A DNA stretch of 63,336 nucleotides, filler included, from Octopus bimaculoides (lineage: Eukaryota): NCBI RefSeq assembly GCF_001194135.2. It is 7 parts of 6 records of this genome, joined end to end, with 100 filler letters (N's around TTAATTAATTAA, not from the genome) between each part and the next. Parts side by side here need not be neighbours in the genome. Positions count along the whole stretch, not along the records: positions 33,457 to 60,344 come from NC_068995.1; positions 60,445 to 63,336 come from NC_068994.1; 5 more parts are not named here. The stretch is one strand, 5' to 3'. Of the stretch, positions 51,440-63,336 are shown in pieces. The notes beneath the pieces were generated by a model that was not told where the DNA came from, ran no database searches, and saw only the letters and a program-made list of their open reading frames with translations. Each line of letters begins with the position of its first letter. The first letter of the stretch is position 1. A program made the position numbers and the translations under genes.

Positions 51440-51930
51440 TATAATCGATGGGAATAATGTATACATTGGTGTGGTTAATAAAACCAGAATAACAAAGAGT
51501 ACTTCGGTACACTCCGAAGAACATGGAACTTAGAGCTGTCTGCATTTAACAACACCATATGTCACTATGTTTTTGCAGTGCTAGAGTTGGTACCAGTATT
51601 TGGTATATTCGACTGGACTCTTGACGAGATACGCAGCCTACCACCAAAACTATAAAGTTTCTGATCACCACAGGCAACTTCCACATCAATAACCATCAAC
51701 AGCAACATCGATAGTATTTTGTGAGAAGATGTGATGGATACAGATGTATAAAATCAGTCCAAGCAGCCTTTGAATGTCACAATATAAGATTCAGACAAAA
51801 CCTGCTGGGCAGAGAAGAAAGGAATAAGTACCTGCCATACATACTGAAAAATGAAAACAACCTTATCGAAAAACAAAGCAGACTGACCTACCTAAACAGA
51901 AGCTTGGAAGAAAAGCAGGCAGCATACAAG
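51440..51930 (+). mobile_element. R4/Dong-like RT thumb-region fragment
   Basis: KEYFGTLRRTWNLELSAFN, FGIFDWTLDEIRS, KFLITTGNFHIN, RRCDGYRCIKSV..AFEC. Confidence 0.75.
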
Positions 51931-53367
51931 TAAAAAGCAATTCAGCGATACATAACGCGTAAGCGAGAGGATAACAGCAGCACAGACAGGAAGAATCGCC
52001 TTCCCTGGACCTGTGATCGATATATTTCATCCCACCTATGAGGATATGCCGTCACTATCCACGGACAGGTGATAGATACTAAATAACTGATTAACAAGAG
52101 AGAGAGAGAGAGAGACAAAGATACCACCAGATCTCTATGTTGTGATAGTAAATGTCAACTCGGCTATAACAGTGTGGAAGTTATTAAGCACATCAGCAGC
52201 AGCTGCCTCAAAATGTCTACGAGATATTACCTGCCCTGGGGCATGATATAGTTGCAAAGGCAATTTACAACGCCCCGCAAGAAGGATTGCTTTTACTATA
52301 TATCAAAAACCTGTTAGAACCAGCATATATTCACACCTTCAAAAATATGTTATACTGGAGGAAGACACCAATAGAAACAGTAATTTGATGCAAAAATAAC
52401 TGACTTGATATTATTCTGTAGAACAGCAAATAAAACAGGCTCTGTAGACCAGCAAATGAAAGTGAGGCCTTGTAGAAACGATCAGCTACTCAGAGAATGT
52501 GAACGTACCGGCATAATTCCGTCAAAAGAGAAAATTTATGCAGGATTAATGCAAAACTTTTCAACGCTTATACCCTGACTATTTTATTCCAAATTGTACC
52601 TCTCATCATGAATGCATTAGAGTATGTACATGCAAATTTACACAAAGACCTAAAAGTGTTAGGCCTTAGAATGAAGGGCAAAAGAAACTGCCTTGTATTC
52701 AACCATAGTATTAGCGCCACAGAGAATATTTGTAAGACATTCCAAAGATTATCCATTTGCGATTTTTCAGATGAATACATGCACATATTTTGTTGTGTGC
52801 AGCGACAGCTCAAACATATATTGCAAGCACTAGGAAATCTCTTAGCTAAAAAATACATAAAATTTTGGGACAGCGCAGTCGTAAGTAGAGGGTGAAAGAA
52901 AATTTCATTAGCGCAGTCCGCTCTTATATTAGTTGCGCGTGCAACAATAGAGCTTCCGCCGAACTTTTGGTGTATGAGGACATACTGGGGATGAGATATA
53001 GGTGGGCAGTTTTTTAATACGTTGTCTTGTAGGAAAAGCATATTATGTTTAATTTACATGCAACGTAAATTCCAGTATGTACCCCATGTGTTGCAGATAT
53101 CAAATTCCAGTTGGTTGTCTCTAAATTCTCACTTCGTTAGGAGGACGTTTCATTTCTTTGTTTAACGGTACGTTGTTTTGTTACATTACGCTAAGAGTTC
53201 ATAACTTCAGTATCAATTTGTTGAATACAAAAACACTCACAGAATCTAATCTATACTGAAAAATTAGATTGCATTATAATTTGTAGTAATGTACGTATTT
53301 ATTCCACTGTACTTAAAGAATGATTATTCGATTTCTGTCTCTTAAATTATTCATAAGATCACACACA

Positions 53368-53435
<68 letters not shown>

Positions 53436-53530
53436 GTCTGTCTGTATGTCTGTCTATCTGTCAGCCAATTAATATACAAGCAGTTAATACATACTTCCAT
53501 GTAAATGCATATATGTGTGTGTACATACAT

Positions 53531-53596
<66 letters not shown>

Positions 53597-53625
53597 NNNN
53601 NNNNNNGTAGGTGTATATATATATA

Positions 53626-53684
<59 letters not shown>

Positions 53685-54120
53685 TTGTGCGTATGTGTGT
53701 ATGTGTGTGGTAATATTTTCTACTTTATATAATTTATTAGCAAAATATAACATCCTCCTATATTAATAACTCATATCAAATTGAAATACTTCAATTTATT
53801 TCTTTGTTACTAATACGAATTCACGCAACCAAAATGCATGTTTACAGAAAATCTTTTATTTTAGATAAAACTGGTAATGTCTCTCACACGGAATGCACCT
53901 ATTCCTCTAATAAATGTAAAACAACAGTCATTACTTCTCACATACTTTTTCTGGAAGTATATACATTAGCATTGATATTTTAAATCTATTATTTTACAAA
54001 ACATGTACATATATACTTCACTATAGTTTAAAATATATCACGCTGTGATCTGAGCATGTACATAAACATATTCGCTTCTATATATATATATATATATATA
54101 TATCTATACGTATGTGTGTG

Positions 54121-54169
<49 letters not shown>

Positions 54170-55829
54170 NNNNNNNNNNATATATATATATATATATATA
54201 TATATCCGTAATATATTCGCAGATAGCTGAAAAATATATTATACATATGTATACATTCGGCAGCATGGTTACATATAAATATACATGCAGCTGTATTCAA
54301 ATGAATGTAAAAACACTCACATGCATACCTACATACATACATACACACACGCACTCACACTGACACACACACACACACACACATATATCTATTTATATAT
54401 ATGTATACGTATGTATACATATATATATATNNNNNNNNNNNNNNNNNNNNNNNNNNNNNNNNNNNNNNNNNNNNNNNNNNNNNNNNNNNNNNNNNNNNNN
54501 NNNNNNNNNNNNNNNNNNNNNNNNNNNNNNNNNNNNNNNNNNNNNNNNNNNNNNNNNNNNNNNNNNNNNNNNNNNNNNNNNNNNNNNNNNNNNNNNNNNN
54601 NNNNNNNNNNNNNNNNNNNNNNNNNNNNNNNNNNNNNNNNNNNNNNNNNNNNNNNNNNNNNNNNNNNNNNNNNNNNNNTTACTATAAATGATAGCAAAAG
54701 TTTGATATCTAATTGGAATTTAATACGATCTGTATATCAACGAATGCCGTCTCCCAAAATAACATCATTTTATTTCCTAGCGTGGAATAGCATTTAATTG
54801 TTCTGGTAACTGTATATTTGTTTTATGAGTAAGTCAATAAATCGTTTAAAATATATTGCTGCTGTCTTGAACTGTATTTTCATAGGCAATGATATAATTC
54901 TATTATTTGTTTAAACAAAATTATGTAATCTGTACATGTTAGCTTAACGTTAATGTTCATTTCTTGTAAAATAAATATTTGTAGATGCGGCTATAAACTG
55001 GATTCGATGTATTAAATGAATTGTATGAACATCTTGATTTGTGTACTGTTGACATTGATATGAAATGAAAATGTAGCAGGTATCACTGAAACATTAAAGT
55101 TGTAGAATGTATTAGAATAAGTATATATGTTTATTTTTCAGTGTAAGATTATTTCTATATTAGCAGAATAGCCTTTCCTTATATTAATCTATTTAAACAG
55201 TGAGTTTGGTTTAGTGCAATTATTGCAATATAAACTGACAAACTACAGATATCATAGTTTCTAGGAAAATTTTGCATAACTCCATTATCAATAATGGCAG
55301 TAGACGGCAGACATGAGAAATTTATTGGGTATCATTGTGGTATTTACTGCCATTTTTCGTTTTCAATTCCATAATACGGTCAAATTTGAGTGTGATTGAC
55401 AAATTGTGTGGCATTCATGTACTTTGGGCGATTGAATGCATTATACTCTATCTAAAAGAGAAGTATAATCTCTGCAATATAAGTTATTTCAAACAACAGT
55501 AAAACGATGGATAATAAAATCTATCGAACGAGGAATAGATAACGTAATCTACAGACACCATATAACGCTACAATTATTTTACGTTTTAAGTCCCAAATTT
55601 AAGAAATAAATGGTTTTCAAATTCTTTTAAATTAATATCTATCAAAATAGAACCCTTCGTATTTGGCTTTTTCCTGTCATAGAATTTGTTACTCTACTTT
55701 ATATTTTACAGTTCATTATTGCATTCAAAGAAATACTTGCGTATATACTTTCATACATTCATGCATGCATACGTACATATATGCATACAACCATATATAC
55801 GTACATACAACACAGACACGTATATACAT

Positions 55830-56140
55830 ACAAGTTGCGTGCACAATGAAAGCTAGCAATAGCCTTCATGAGGCAGTGTGCCGAGTGACATCGCTCTGTT
55901 TACTTCGCAATTTGTTAAATTCGTGTTTTTGTGATCACGTGTATGTTGTAGTCTGCAATTTTGTCATGGACAGGAACAAAGAACCAACGTTAAATTTTGC
56001 GTTAAACATGGAAAATCTGTTACAGAGACTTTGAATTTTCTTCGGAAAGCTTACGGTGACAAGGTAATGAGTCATACACAATGTTCCGAGTGACACGGGC
56101 GATTCAAAAGCGGAAGAATGTTTCTGGAAAACCGATGAGT
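55830..56140 (+). mobile_element. mariner 5' fragment
   Basis: NVKFCVKHGKSVTETLNFLRKAYGDKVMSHTQCSE*HGRFKSGR. The left boundary is approximate. Confidence 0.7.
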
Positions 56141-57880
56141 GAATTTCCAGCTATCTGACAATAAATTTAAACTCATCTCGGTACTTACAATTCGTTACCG
56201 CCTTACTCTTAGGCTTTTCCTCTTTCCTCACATTTTAATTTAAGTACATTACTTTTCAAAGTCAAACTTTCTAAATTTGCGCTTCTTAAATTTGACAAAC
56301 CCTCTTCCAATATGTTCTATGAGCGGCCCCCACCTCCTTGGAATATGGCCTCATGTGTGTGACCTTTTACTCAATATCACTTTTACTTTTCAACAGCCAT
56401 CCCAAATACTTTCCTTACTATCAAGAGCGGTGTAACCCATACCCTTACTTCTTCAATACCACTGTCCTTAGACTGAAAAAAACGTCACTATATTATCACT
56501 GACTATTTCACGTGAACTATCAAGAGTGAAGTATACTGTCTTAAATGTCAGTTCTAATGACTTACATTATGGAAATAACCATGATGTTTTCCGAACACTC
56601 ACAAGATACCCGATTTAATATCATCACATCTCCTGACGAGTGGCACTTGAACTTAGTCGCATATATTCTGGCGTTATATCAGAGAACGGGAACATTACTT
56701 CATGCGTCAGACGGAACACCACCTCAACAAATAGTATGAGTAGCGCACTGGTTTCGTCCGCAAAATAGGACACAACATATACAAACAAATCTCAGAGAAG
56801 AAATGGTTGTCGTAAACATTTATACATGCCCTCAGACTGATCCTATGCAGCAGAAAGCCTCACACATGATCATAAACTGGGTACATCAACTTCGCATGTA
56901 CCTGCATTGGAATATATACGAATACGAACGAAACATTTGCATCCCGCCAAAATTTCAAATCATTCCTTCACCTTATAATACACCACATTAGATAAAGTGC
57001 AGAAGTATACATTGTTTATTAGACATTAGTCCCATAGATGCATACAGCCATAGAAACATTACATCATAAATACACACAGGCAAAACCACAAGAGTGCATG
57101 CATTGTGTCTGTTTTTGTTAGTATTTGTGTGTTTGTGTGAGCATATATGCATGCTCAATATATATGTATAGGAATATGTATTTGAAATTTAGTTGGATAA
57201 ATATTTAAAAAATGACTGTTGCATACCAAGATACGTTCAATTTATCATCTGCATAAACAATACTTTAACACATTAATCTTTAATATGTGCAAGGGAAAAC
57301 CTAAAAGTGTGCGCACGCACCTAAACGCATACACGTACATACGCAGATGACACCGGCAGTGTGAAGTCTTCAGCCTTGGTCTCACATTTCGTCGTTGTCT
57401 TCCTTTTATGTACTTTCCCAGTTCCACTCGTTTCACCTTTACTTTCTCCGGGTTCTCTCTCTTCCAACACCATCATATTTTGACCCAGGTCCTCTCTACA
57501 TTATGTGTTCTTGTATTCTACTCTTCCGTCATAATTTTTAAATGAAATCTGCCATATAAACAAAGATCATAAAATAGGTACCTTTCTCTTTACAGTGATT
57601 TTTTCTATTTCTTTTGTTACTCTTATATAACAAGTATAATTCAAAAAATGCTCCGTTCAATTCATTGCTGTATACATTTTCGCTGTACATCTCTTTCATT
57701 GTTTTACATTTCATATCATATTTCCAATCTGCTTTAGCGACACATTTTGCTTGTGCTAATCATTGTGTTATTTGTCTGTTGTCTGATAATCTTACTCATC
57801 TTAGCTGTGTGATTTCCTTTTGCATAAACATGAAACAATTACACCTTTGTGCACACAAAGAGAGGAGAGTGAAAATGTTA

Positions 57881-58138
57881 CACAGGAGTGGCTGTATGTT
57901 AAGAAGCTTGCTTCCCAACCACATGGTTACGGATTCAGTCCTACTACGTGGAATCTTAGACAACTGCCTTGAGAGTGGTAGGCGGAGACTGAAAGCCCGT
58001 TGTATATATATATATATNNNNNNNNNNNNNNNNNNNNNNNNNNNNNNNNNNNNNNNNNNNNNNNNNNNNNNNNNNNNNNNNNNNNNNNNNNNNNNNNNNN
58101 NNNNNNNNNNNNNNNNNNNNNNNNNNNNNNNNNNNNNN

Positions 58139-58174
<36 letters not shown>

Positions 58175-58392
58175 TGTGTGTGTCTGTGTGTCTGTATTTG
58201 TCCCCCTCCCCACGATTGCTTGACACAGATATCGGTGTGTTTAGATCTCAGTAATTTAGCGGTTCTAAAGAAGATATAGTAGAAGTACTTGGCTTACAAA
58301 GGATAAGTCCTGGGGGTGATTTGTTCGAATAAAAGGCAGTGCTACAGAATGGCCCCATGAAATGACTGAAAGAAGCAAGAGAATAAAAGAAT
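57881..58392 (+). mobile_element. SINE family 2, head to tail, with internal (TA)/(TG) microsatellite and gap
   Basis: Head CAGGAGTGGCTGT..GCTTCCCAACCACATGG, deleted central domain, microsatellite, then 3' half GTTTGTCCCC-like...AAGTCCTGGGG...AATGACTGAAAG..AATAAAAGAATA. Confidence 0.8.
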
Positions 58393-59087
58393 ACATGAAA
58401 ACATGAACATGAAATTTTGGTAATGATATGGTCAAGAATCCAGCATCGGTATAAATGACAATACATACAAACGTTTATAAATCACCTCACTCTGCCCCCG
58501 ATTTCTGATTTAAGCTCTCTAACAGAATGCAATAAAGTGCTTCACATACAGAACTTTCAATGCTGGGTTCCAGACACCTGTAATAGTTAAACATATGTAG
58601 GACTAATAATTCATAATTGCGTTTATATAAATTTTCGTCTGCACATTTTCTGTATAACATAACTAGTAACATGTCTAAGTACATTGGTAGACTAATCACA
58701 ATCCTGCAAGCTGACTAGATGATGAATATCTTCATGCACTCAAAATTCTTACAGTAATAGTTGTGCAGTGTATATAACAGTACACATAATACAACCCCAC
58801 CACATACACACAGATATGCATATATACGTATAAACATGGTTAATAGACGTACTCAGTGATTGAGAAGTCGGAGTAGTTACAACATAAAGCATTTCAAAAT
58901 TTCCTTAAATAATTATTAATCACAATGCTTCCATGTACTATATACACAAAAGCATATGCGTGTGCATACCCGCGTATATACCTAAGAACAAGCCACACAC
59001 ATATGACAGTGTGAGTCTGTGTATGTGTGCGTATGTAATGGAATCGTTGGAAGGTACACATTGATATGTATGTGTGTGTGTTTGCGT

Positions 59088-59172
<85 letters not shown>

Positions 59173-60080
59173 NNNNNNNNNNNNNNNNNNNNNNNNNNNN
59201 NNNNNNNNNNNNNNNNNNNNNNNNNNNNNNNNNNNNNNNNNNNNNNNNNNNNNNNNNNNNNNNNNNNNNNNNNNNNNNNNNNNNNNNNNNNNNNNNNNNN
59301 NNNNNNNNNNNNNNNNNNNNNNNNNNNNNNNNNNNNNNNNNNNNNNNNNNNNNNNNNNNNNNNNNNNNNNNNNNNNNNNNNNNNNNNNNNNNNNNNNNNN
59401 NNNNNNNNNNNNNNNNNNNNNNNNNNNNNNNNNNNNNNNNNNNNNNNNNNNNNNNNNNNNNNNNNNNNNNNNATATATATATATATATATATACTTATAT
59501 GCATGTACATTTATATTTGTGCGTGTGTGTGTGGGGGGGGGTATGCATACATATATCCTGATATAGGAAATAGTGATGGCATCTTTCATTTTTGTCGCAA
59601 TTCTTCAACTATGGCGACATATAATTTTAAGTGTTTTGCGATAGGCAGGAAAGACGTTTTTCTGTCAAATTTTAATGGTAGATCTCAAATGGATTGGAAG
59701 CCGCCAATATTACTGGCTTCATTTCATTTTTGAATATATTGATTCCTTTGTCCGTATAAGTGAAGTATGAGACGGAGAAGTTTTAAAGTGCCTTAGCATT
59801 AATGAATTCCAAGTTTTGTATCAGAAACTGATCTTTAGACATAGATGTAAAACTTAAATTTCATTATATGTAACTAGGACAATTGATGGGTGCTAAAAAT
59901 GCATGAAGATATATTGGTGAGCTGTCATCGTAAACTACACATATAGAATACTTTAAAATGCTTGATATACGTTTGTAATATTATATATACTTACTCGTCC
60001 ATGGATATAGTCACGTGCCGTGCAAATACATACCCAGTCCGCATAGATATGTGTATGTAATTATGTAAGACTAAATTATA

Positions 60081-60293
60081 TTGGGTTGTCTGGAAAGTTC
60101 GTGCCGATTTATAGTAGCTTACCTTTCGACTTATTTGCCATGAAACCACCTCATTTTGGGGAAGAGGGTATTATCAAGTTAAAGGAAATATGGAGACACA
60201 TTGTGCAATTGTGGTTGATTAAAAATATAATGGCAAGTATTTATTGAACATTTTTTCCTTTAAAAATCGGCACAAACTTTCCGGACAACCCAA
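60081..60293 (+). mobile_element. mariner-derived MITE with about 30-bp TIRs and TA target duplication
   Basis: TA|ttgggttgtctggaaagttcgtgccgattt ... aaatcggcacaaactttccggacaacccaa|TA. The internal remnant resembles the transposase C-terminus (GIIKL...IV). Confidence 0.9.
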
Positions 60294-60301
60294 TATATAC
60301 T

Positions 60302-60344
<43 letters not shown>

Positions 60345-60444
60345 NNNNNNNNNNNNNNNNNNNNNNNNNNNNNNNNNNNNNNNNNNNNTTAATTAATTAA
60401 NNNNNNNNNNNNNNNNNNNNNNNNNNNNNNNNNNNNNNNNNNNN

Positions 60445-60958
60445 CGAGTCAATATTGTCAAATGCGAGGCTGTACTGATGCGCAACGTCAGTTTTGACAG
60501 CACTGGGTGGCAACAGGCTAAACTACCGTTTAAATTCTGTGGCTTTGACCTCCGTTCCGCACTGGACCTAGCTCTGCCAACCTATCTTTCCTCAGTCTCC
60601 TAACAGCACCCTTCATCGGCGAGGTACTCTATAGCTTGGTTGAACCCGATATGGCCCAGGAATTGGAGCCAGATGCAGCCGATTGAACCGACGAAGGCCT
60701 TGCCGTCTCACAGAATGCCTGTGTCCAATCCAACGTAACTGGGACATCAGATACAAGTTTGCTTTCAGGCAGAATTAAATATCATTAGGCCAGCATCACC
60801 TCGCCTGCCTCCGTTCCACTTCGTAGCCTAACAGCGGCGCGTGGCTCAATTCGGTGCCCCTCCTCATCTACTGGTATCCTTCTAGACGATGAGTGCACTT
60901 GTATCGGAGAAGCCCAGCACCTCGGTCCCCGCGTGTCTGTGCCGTACAACTGCCATTT
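60445..60958 (+). mobile_element. CRE-clade (RLE-type) non-LTR retrotransposon fragment
   Basis: WQQAKLPFKFCGFDLRSALDLALPTYLSS and SGAWLNSVP...GILLDDE...HLGPRVSVPYNC, with stops and frameshifts. Confidence 0.75.
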
Positions 60959-61786
60959 CTATAACATTAAACACGGATTACATTCAAGATTGTAAACTAA
61001 TCTTAAAATATGAAAATGAGACAAAATTATTAGATTCTTTAAAACACTTTTATGGGGCTCTATAGATATGTAGCAGATGGATGTTGTTCATAGAGTTGAG
61101 TTGATAGATTAATTTGAAGAACAATATGTGTTTTATATACAAACCAAAATTTATTTATACACTTTAAATTGGTTACGAAATGTATTTATATACATTAAAA
61201 CATCATTGCAGTTTTTTTTTGTTTTTTTTTTTGCGTGGAACTTGGATATCTTGATTTTCATAATTTGTTTTTCGTTTTTTACTTACTGGTGGTTGCTCAA
61301 TATAACGAGTGAGGTTGGTAGCATTTACTTTCTTTTCAAGTACTTTATTGTTATTTGAAAGTAGATTGGTATTTTCGCCACAAACTTCTGCAACAGTGTA
61401 ACGACCTATGCGGCGTTCCGTAAAGTGTCCTCCCTTTCTGTCCTCTCGAATTATGTTTTTGAGCGGAACTTTATTTTCAATACTGAAATGCCGTTGTTCG
61501 TGTCTTCTATAGTATTGCTCTTTTTGAACGGACTGAGCTGTTCTAATATTGGAGGGAACTCGAGAAATCATACTGTCCCGAATAGCTGTCATAACATCAA
61601 TTTTTCTGGACATAGATTGATCATTTCCAAAACTGTCCCGATCTTTAGCAGTTGGGTTGTATTGTAGTTCAACTGGAAGTGTAGCTTGCATGTTGTATAA
61701 AATTTCAAACGGGGTAAAATGTGTTGAAGAATGTTTGGCTGTTCGATACGCAAACATGACTGATGGTAAGCATTCAACCCAGTTAC

Positions 61787-62109
61787 CTCAAGGGATTTGA
61801 TAAAAGCAACTTTTATAGTGAGATTCTGTCGCTCCAGTTGCCTTAAGGGATTTGATTAAAACAACTTTTATAGTGAGATTTTGTCGCTCCAGTTGCCTCA
61901 AGGGATTTGATAAAAGCAACTTTTATAGTAAGATTCTGTCGCTCCAGTTGCCTCAAGGGATTTGATAAAAGCAACTTTTATAGTAAGATTCTGTCGCTCC
62001 AGTTGCCTCAAGAGATTTGATAAAAGCAACTTTTATAGTAAGATTCTGTCGCTCCAGTTGCCTTAAGGGATTTGATAAAAGCAACTTTCATAGTGAGATT
62101 CTGTTGCTC
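61787..62109. repeat. 55-bp minisatellite (5 full units + 48-bp sixth) inside the integrase
   Basis: Unit ctcaagggatttgataaaagcaacttttatagtgagattctgtcgctccagttgc starting at 61787, 61842, 61897, 61952, 62007 and 62062. Confidence 0.97.
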
Positions 62110-62788
62110 TACAAGGTTATTTGCTTGAGGGTGATAAGCACTTGTCATGTGCTGCTGTGTTCTTGTCAGTTTATGTAGCTCTGCAAACACTCTGTTTACG
62201 AATTCTCATCTTTGGTCTTTTATCTGAATTTTTATACAGCCATGCTGACAAATAACATCCTCAAAGAGAAACTTTCCAACACTTTCCGCTGTGTGATCTT
62301 TCGAGCCTTTAGCCATTTGGAAAAGTAATCCATTGCAACAACAATAACCATCATCTGTTTTCGGCAAATTGGTGATATCGACACCAGTTTGGTCCATCAC
62401 TTCATTTGGCACAGGAACAGGATGAAACTCTCCAACATTAATTTTGCGAACAGGGTCCACTTTTTGACACCGATCACAAGGGAAAACGAACTCTTTCGTG
62501 TCTTTACCCACATTTTCCCGATAAAACCTCACTAAAATTTCAGCCCTTGTTCTGTCGACACCAAGATGACTTTCCAAGCAGTGGGCGGTATCACAATCTC
62601 CATAAACCATGTGAAAATTTGAAATAATACTCTTTTGTTCATCCGGATTGCGAATGATCAAGATTTCTCGGATTCATTTTCAGAATTTCTTACTCTCTCT
62701 GCTCTGTGACGATAGAAGAGCTGACCACTCCGAGCAACATAATGCCGAGAGAACCTACGTAGGTTTGCCTTTTCGCTTTTGAACATAT

Positions 62789-62930
62789 GAGTCTGCTTCC
62801 CAACCACATGGTTCTGGGTTCAGTCTCACTGCATAGATCCTTGGGCCTGTGTTTTCTACTGTAGCCTCGGGATGACCAAAGCTTTGCGAATTGATTTGGT
62901 TGAGGGAAACTGAAAGAAGTCCGTCGTATA
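62789..62930 (+). mobile_element. SINE family 2 (5' half) inserted in the integrase N-terminal coding region
   Basis: gcttcccaaccacatggttctgggttcagtc...gatttggttgagggaaactgaaagaagtccgtcgtata. Confidence 0.85.
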
Positions 62931-63336
62931 ACTATACCATAATGGAGAAAGCTGCTTATCAATTTGTTGTTAACAACATAATCAAGTATCAATGTTGTCA
63001 GCTTTGTCTTGTGTTCTAAAAGTAGCCATTCTGGATATGTTTCTTTCAAATTTCTTCAGCTTTTAGTAACTAAGCGAAAACTCCAACTAAATGAAAGTTC
63101 TGACTTTCTCTTTCATTTACAAATGTATATTACGCACACACACACACACATAATAAACATCAACACATACATTTAATGGGTTCACCCATTATCTCCCTAT
63201 TTGCTATTACGGTGGAAGGATTTTAGTGGGTAATCGTAGTGGGTAATCTGAATGGGAGGTAATCTGAAATCGCTATACACGATAATCGATAAATTCGGCC
63301 TGCATCCATTATCCTTCGCCGCTCTGAATGACAATT

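Larger units (their letters stand above)
61203..63050 (-). mobile_element. Gypsy-type integrase pseudogene without adjacent RT (Ginger/GIN-like)
   Basis: H..H...C..C zinc motif (FH...SHLG...CDRCQK), GVDI, KDQR.F, TSAYHPQANNLVEQQN, FAYRTAKHSSTHFTPF, RKGG...GRYTV...KVNATNL. Upstream sequence to the window end looks non-coding. Confidence 0.8.

Noticed and set aside
52568-53041. Overlapping 95-aa (+) and 157-aa (-) ORFs
   Set aside because: The + frame faintly resembles a LINE C-terminal zinc finger (ICDF..E..HIFCC), but I cannot assign it; no splice or domain evidence for a host gene.
56620-56670. CTGACGA-GTGGCAC-TT-GAAC-TTA-GTC hammerhead-like words
   Set aside because: Lacks one A of GAAA and has no P1. 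The surrounding 56600-57000 may be a decayed LINE endonuclease, but too weakly to call.
56140-57560. Possible further RTE-like fragments (also about 40700-40950 and 50250-50500)
   Set aside because: Only isolated 3-5 residue motif resemblances by eye; a profile search would be needed.
4383-59733. Dozens of long ORFs rich in YI, HT, CV, poly-I/L/X
   Set aside because: They are translations of di-, tri- and tetranucleotide microsatellites or N-runs and carry no protein-like information.
61787-62109. CRISPR-like array
   Set aside because: The units are contiguous with no unique spacers, the context is eukaryotic, and the unit derives from integrase coding sequence.

Overview
AT-rich, microsatellite-saturated animal genomic DNA with many assembly gaps. 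The SINE families and repeat landscape resemble what I recall from octopus (coleoid cephalopod) genomes; this is recognition, not a database result. I find no supportable host gene exon, tRNA or rRNA, and nearly all long ORFs in the track are translations of microsatellites or N-runs. The window is a graveyard of mobile elements: a Tx1/L1-like LINE (1-1380), four Penelope-like element (PLE) remnants, three R4/Dong-like fragments, RTE-like fragments, a CRE-like fragment, a truncated Ty3/Gypsy element with LTR and PBS, a stand-alone Ginger/GIN-type integrase broken by a SINE and a 55-bp minisatellite, maT and mariner derivatives, and about 20 tRNA-derived SINE copies in 4 families. The most interesting unexplained layer is a set of about eight type-I hammerhead-ribozyme-like motifs. 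Several have non-canonical cores (A3:U8, a 1-nt core insertion, A6U) or a 32-59 nt helix-II region, most have self-complementary helix III, and three sit inside inverted repeats or hairpins. One SINE family appears to end in a decayed hammerhead-like tail. Six TTAATTAATTAA words inside 100-bp gaps are scaffolding artefacts, so adjacency across them is unreliable.
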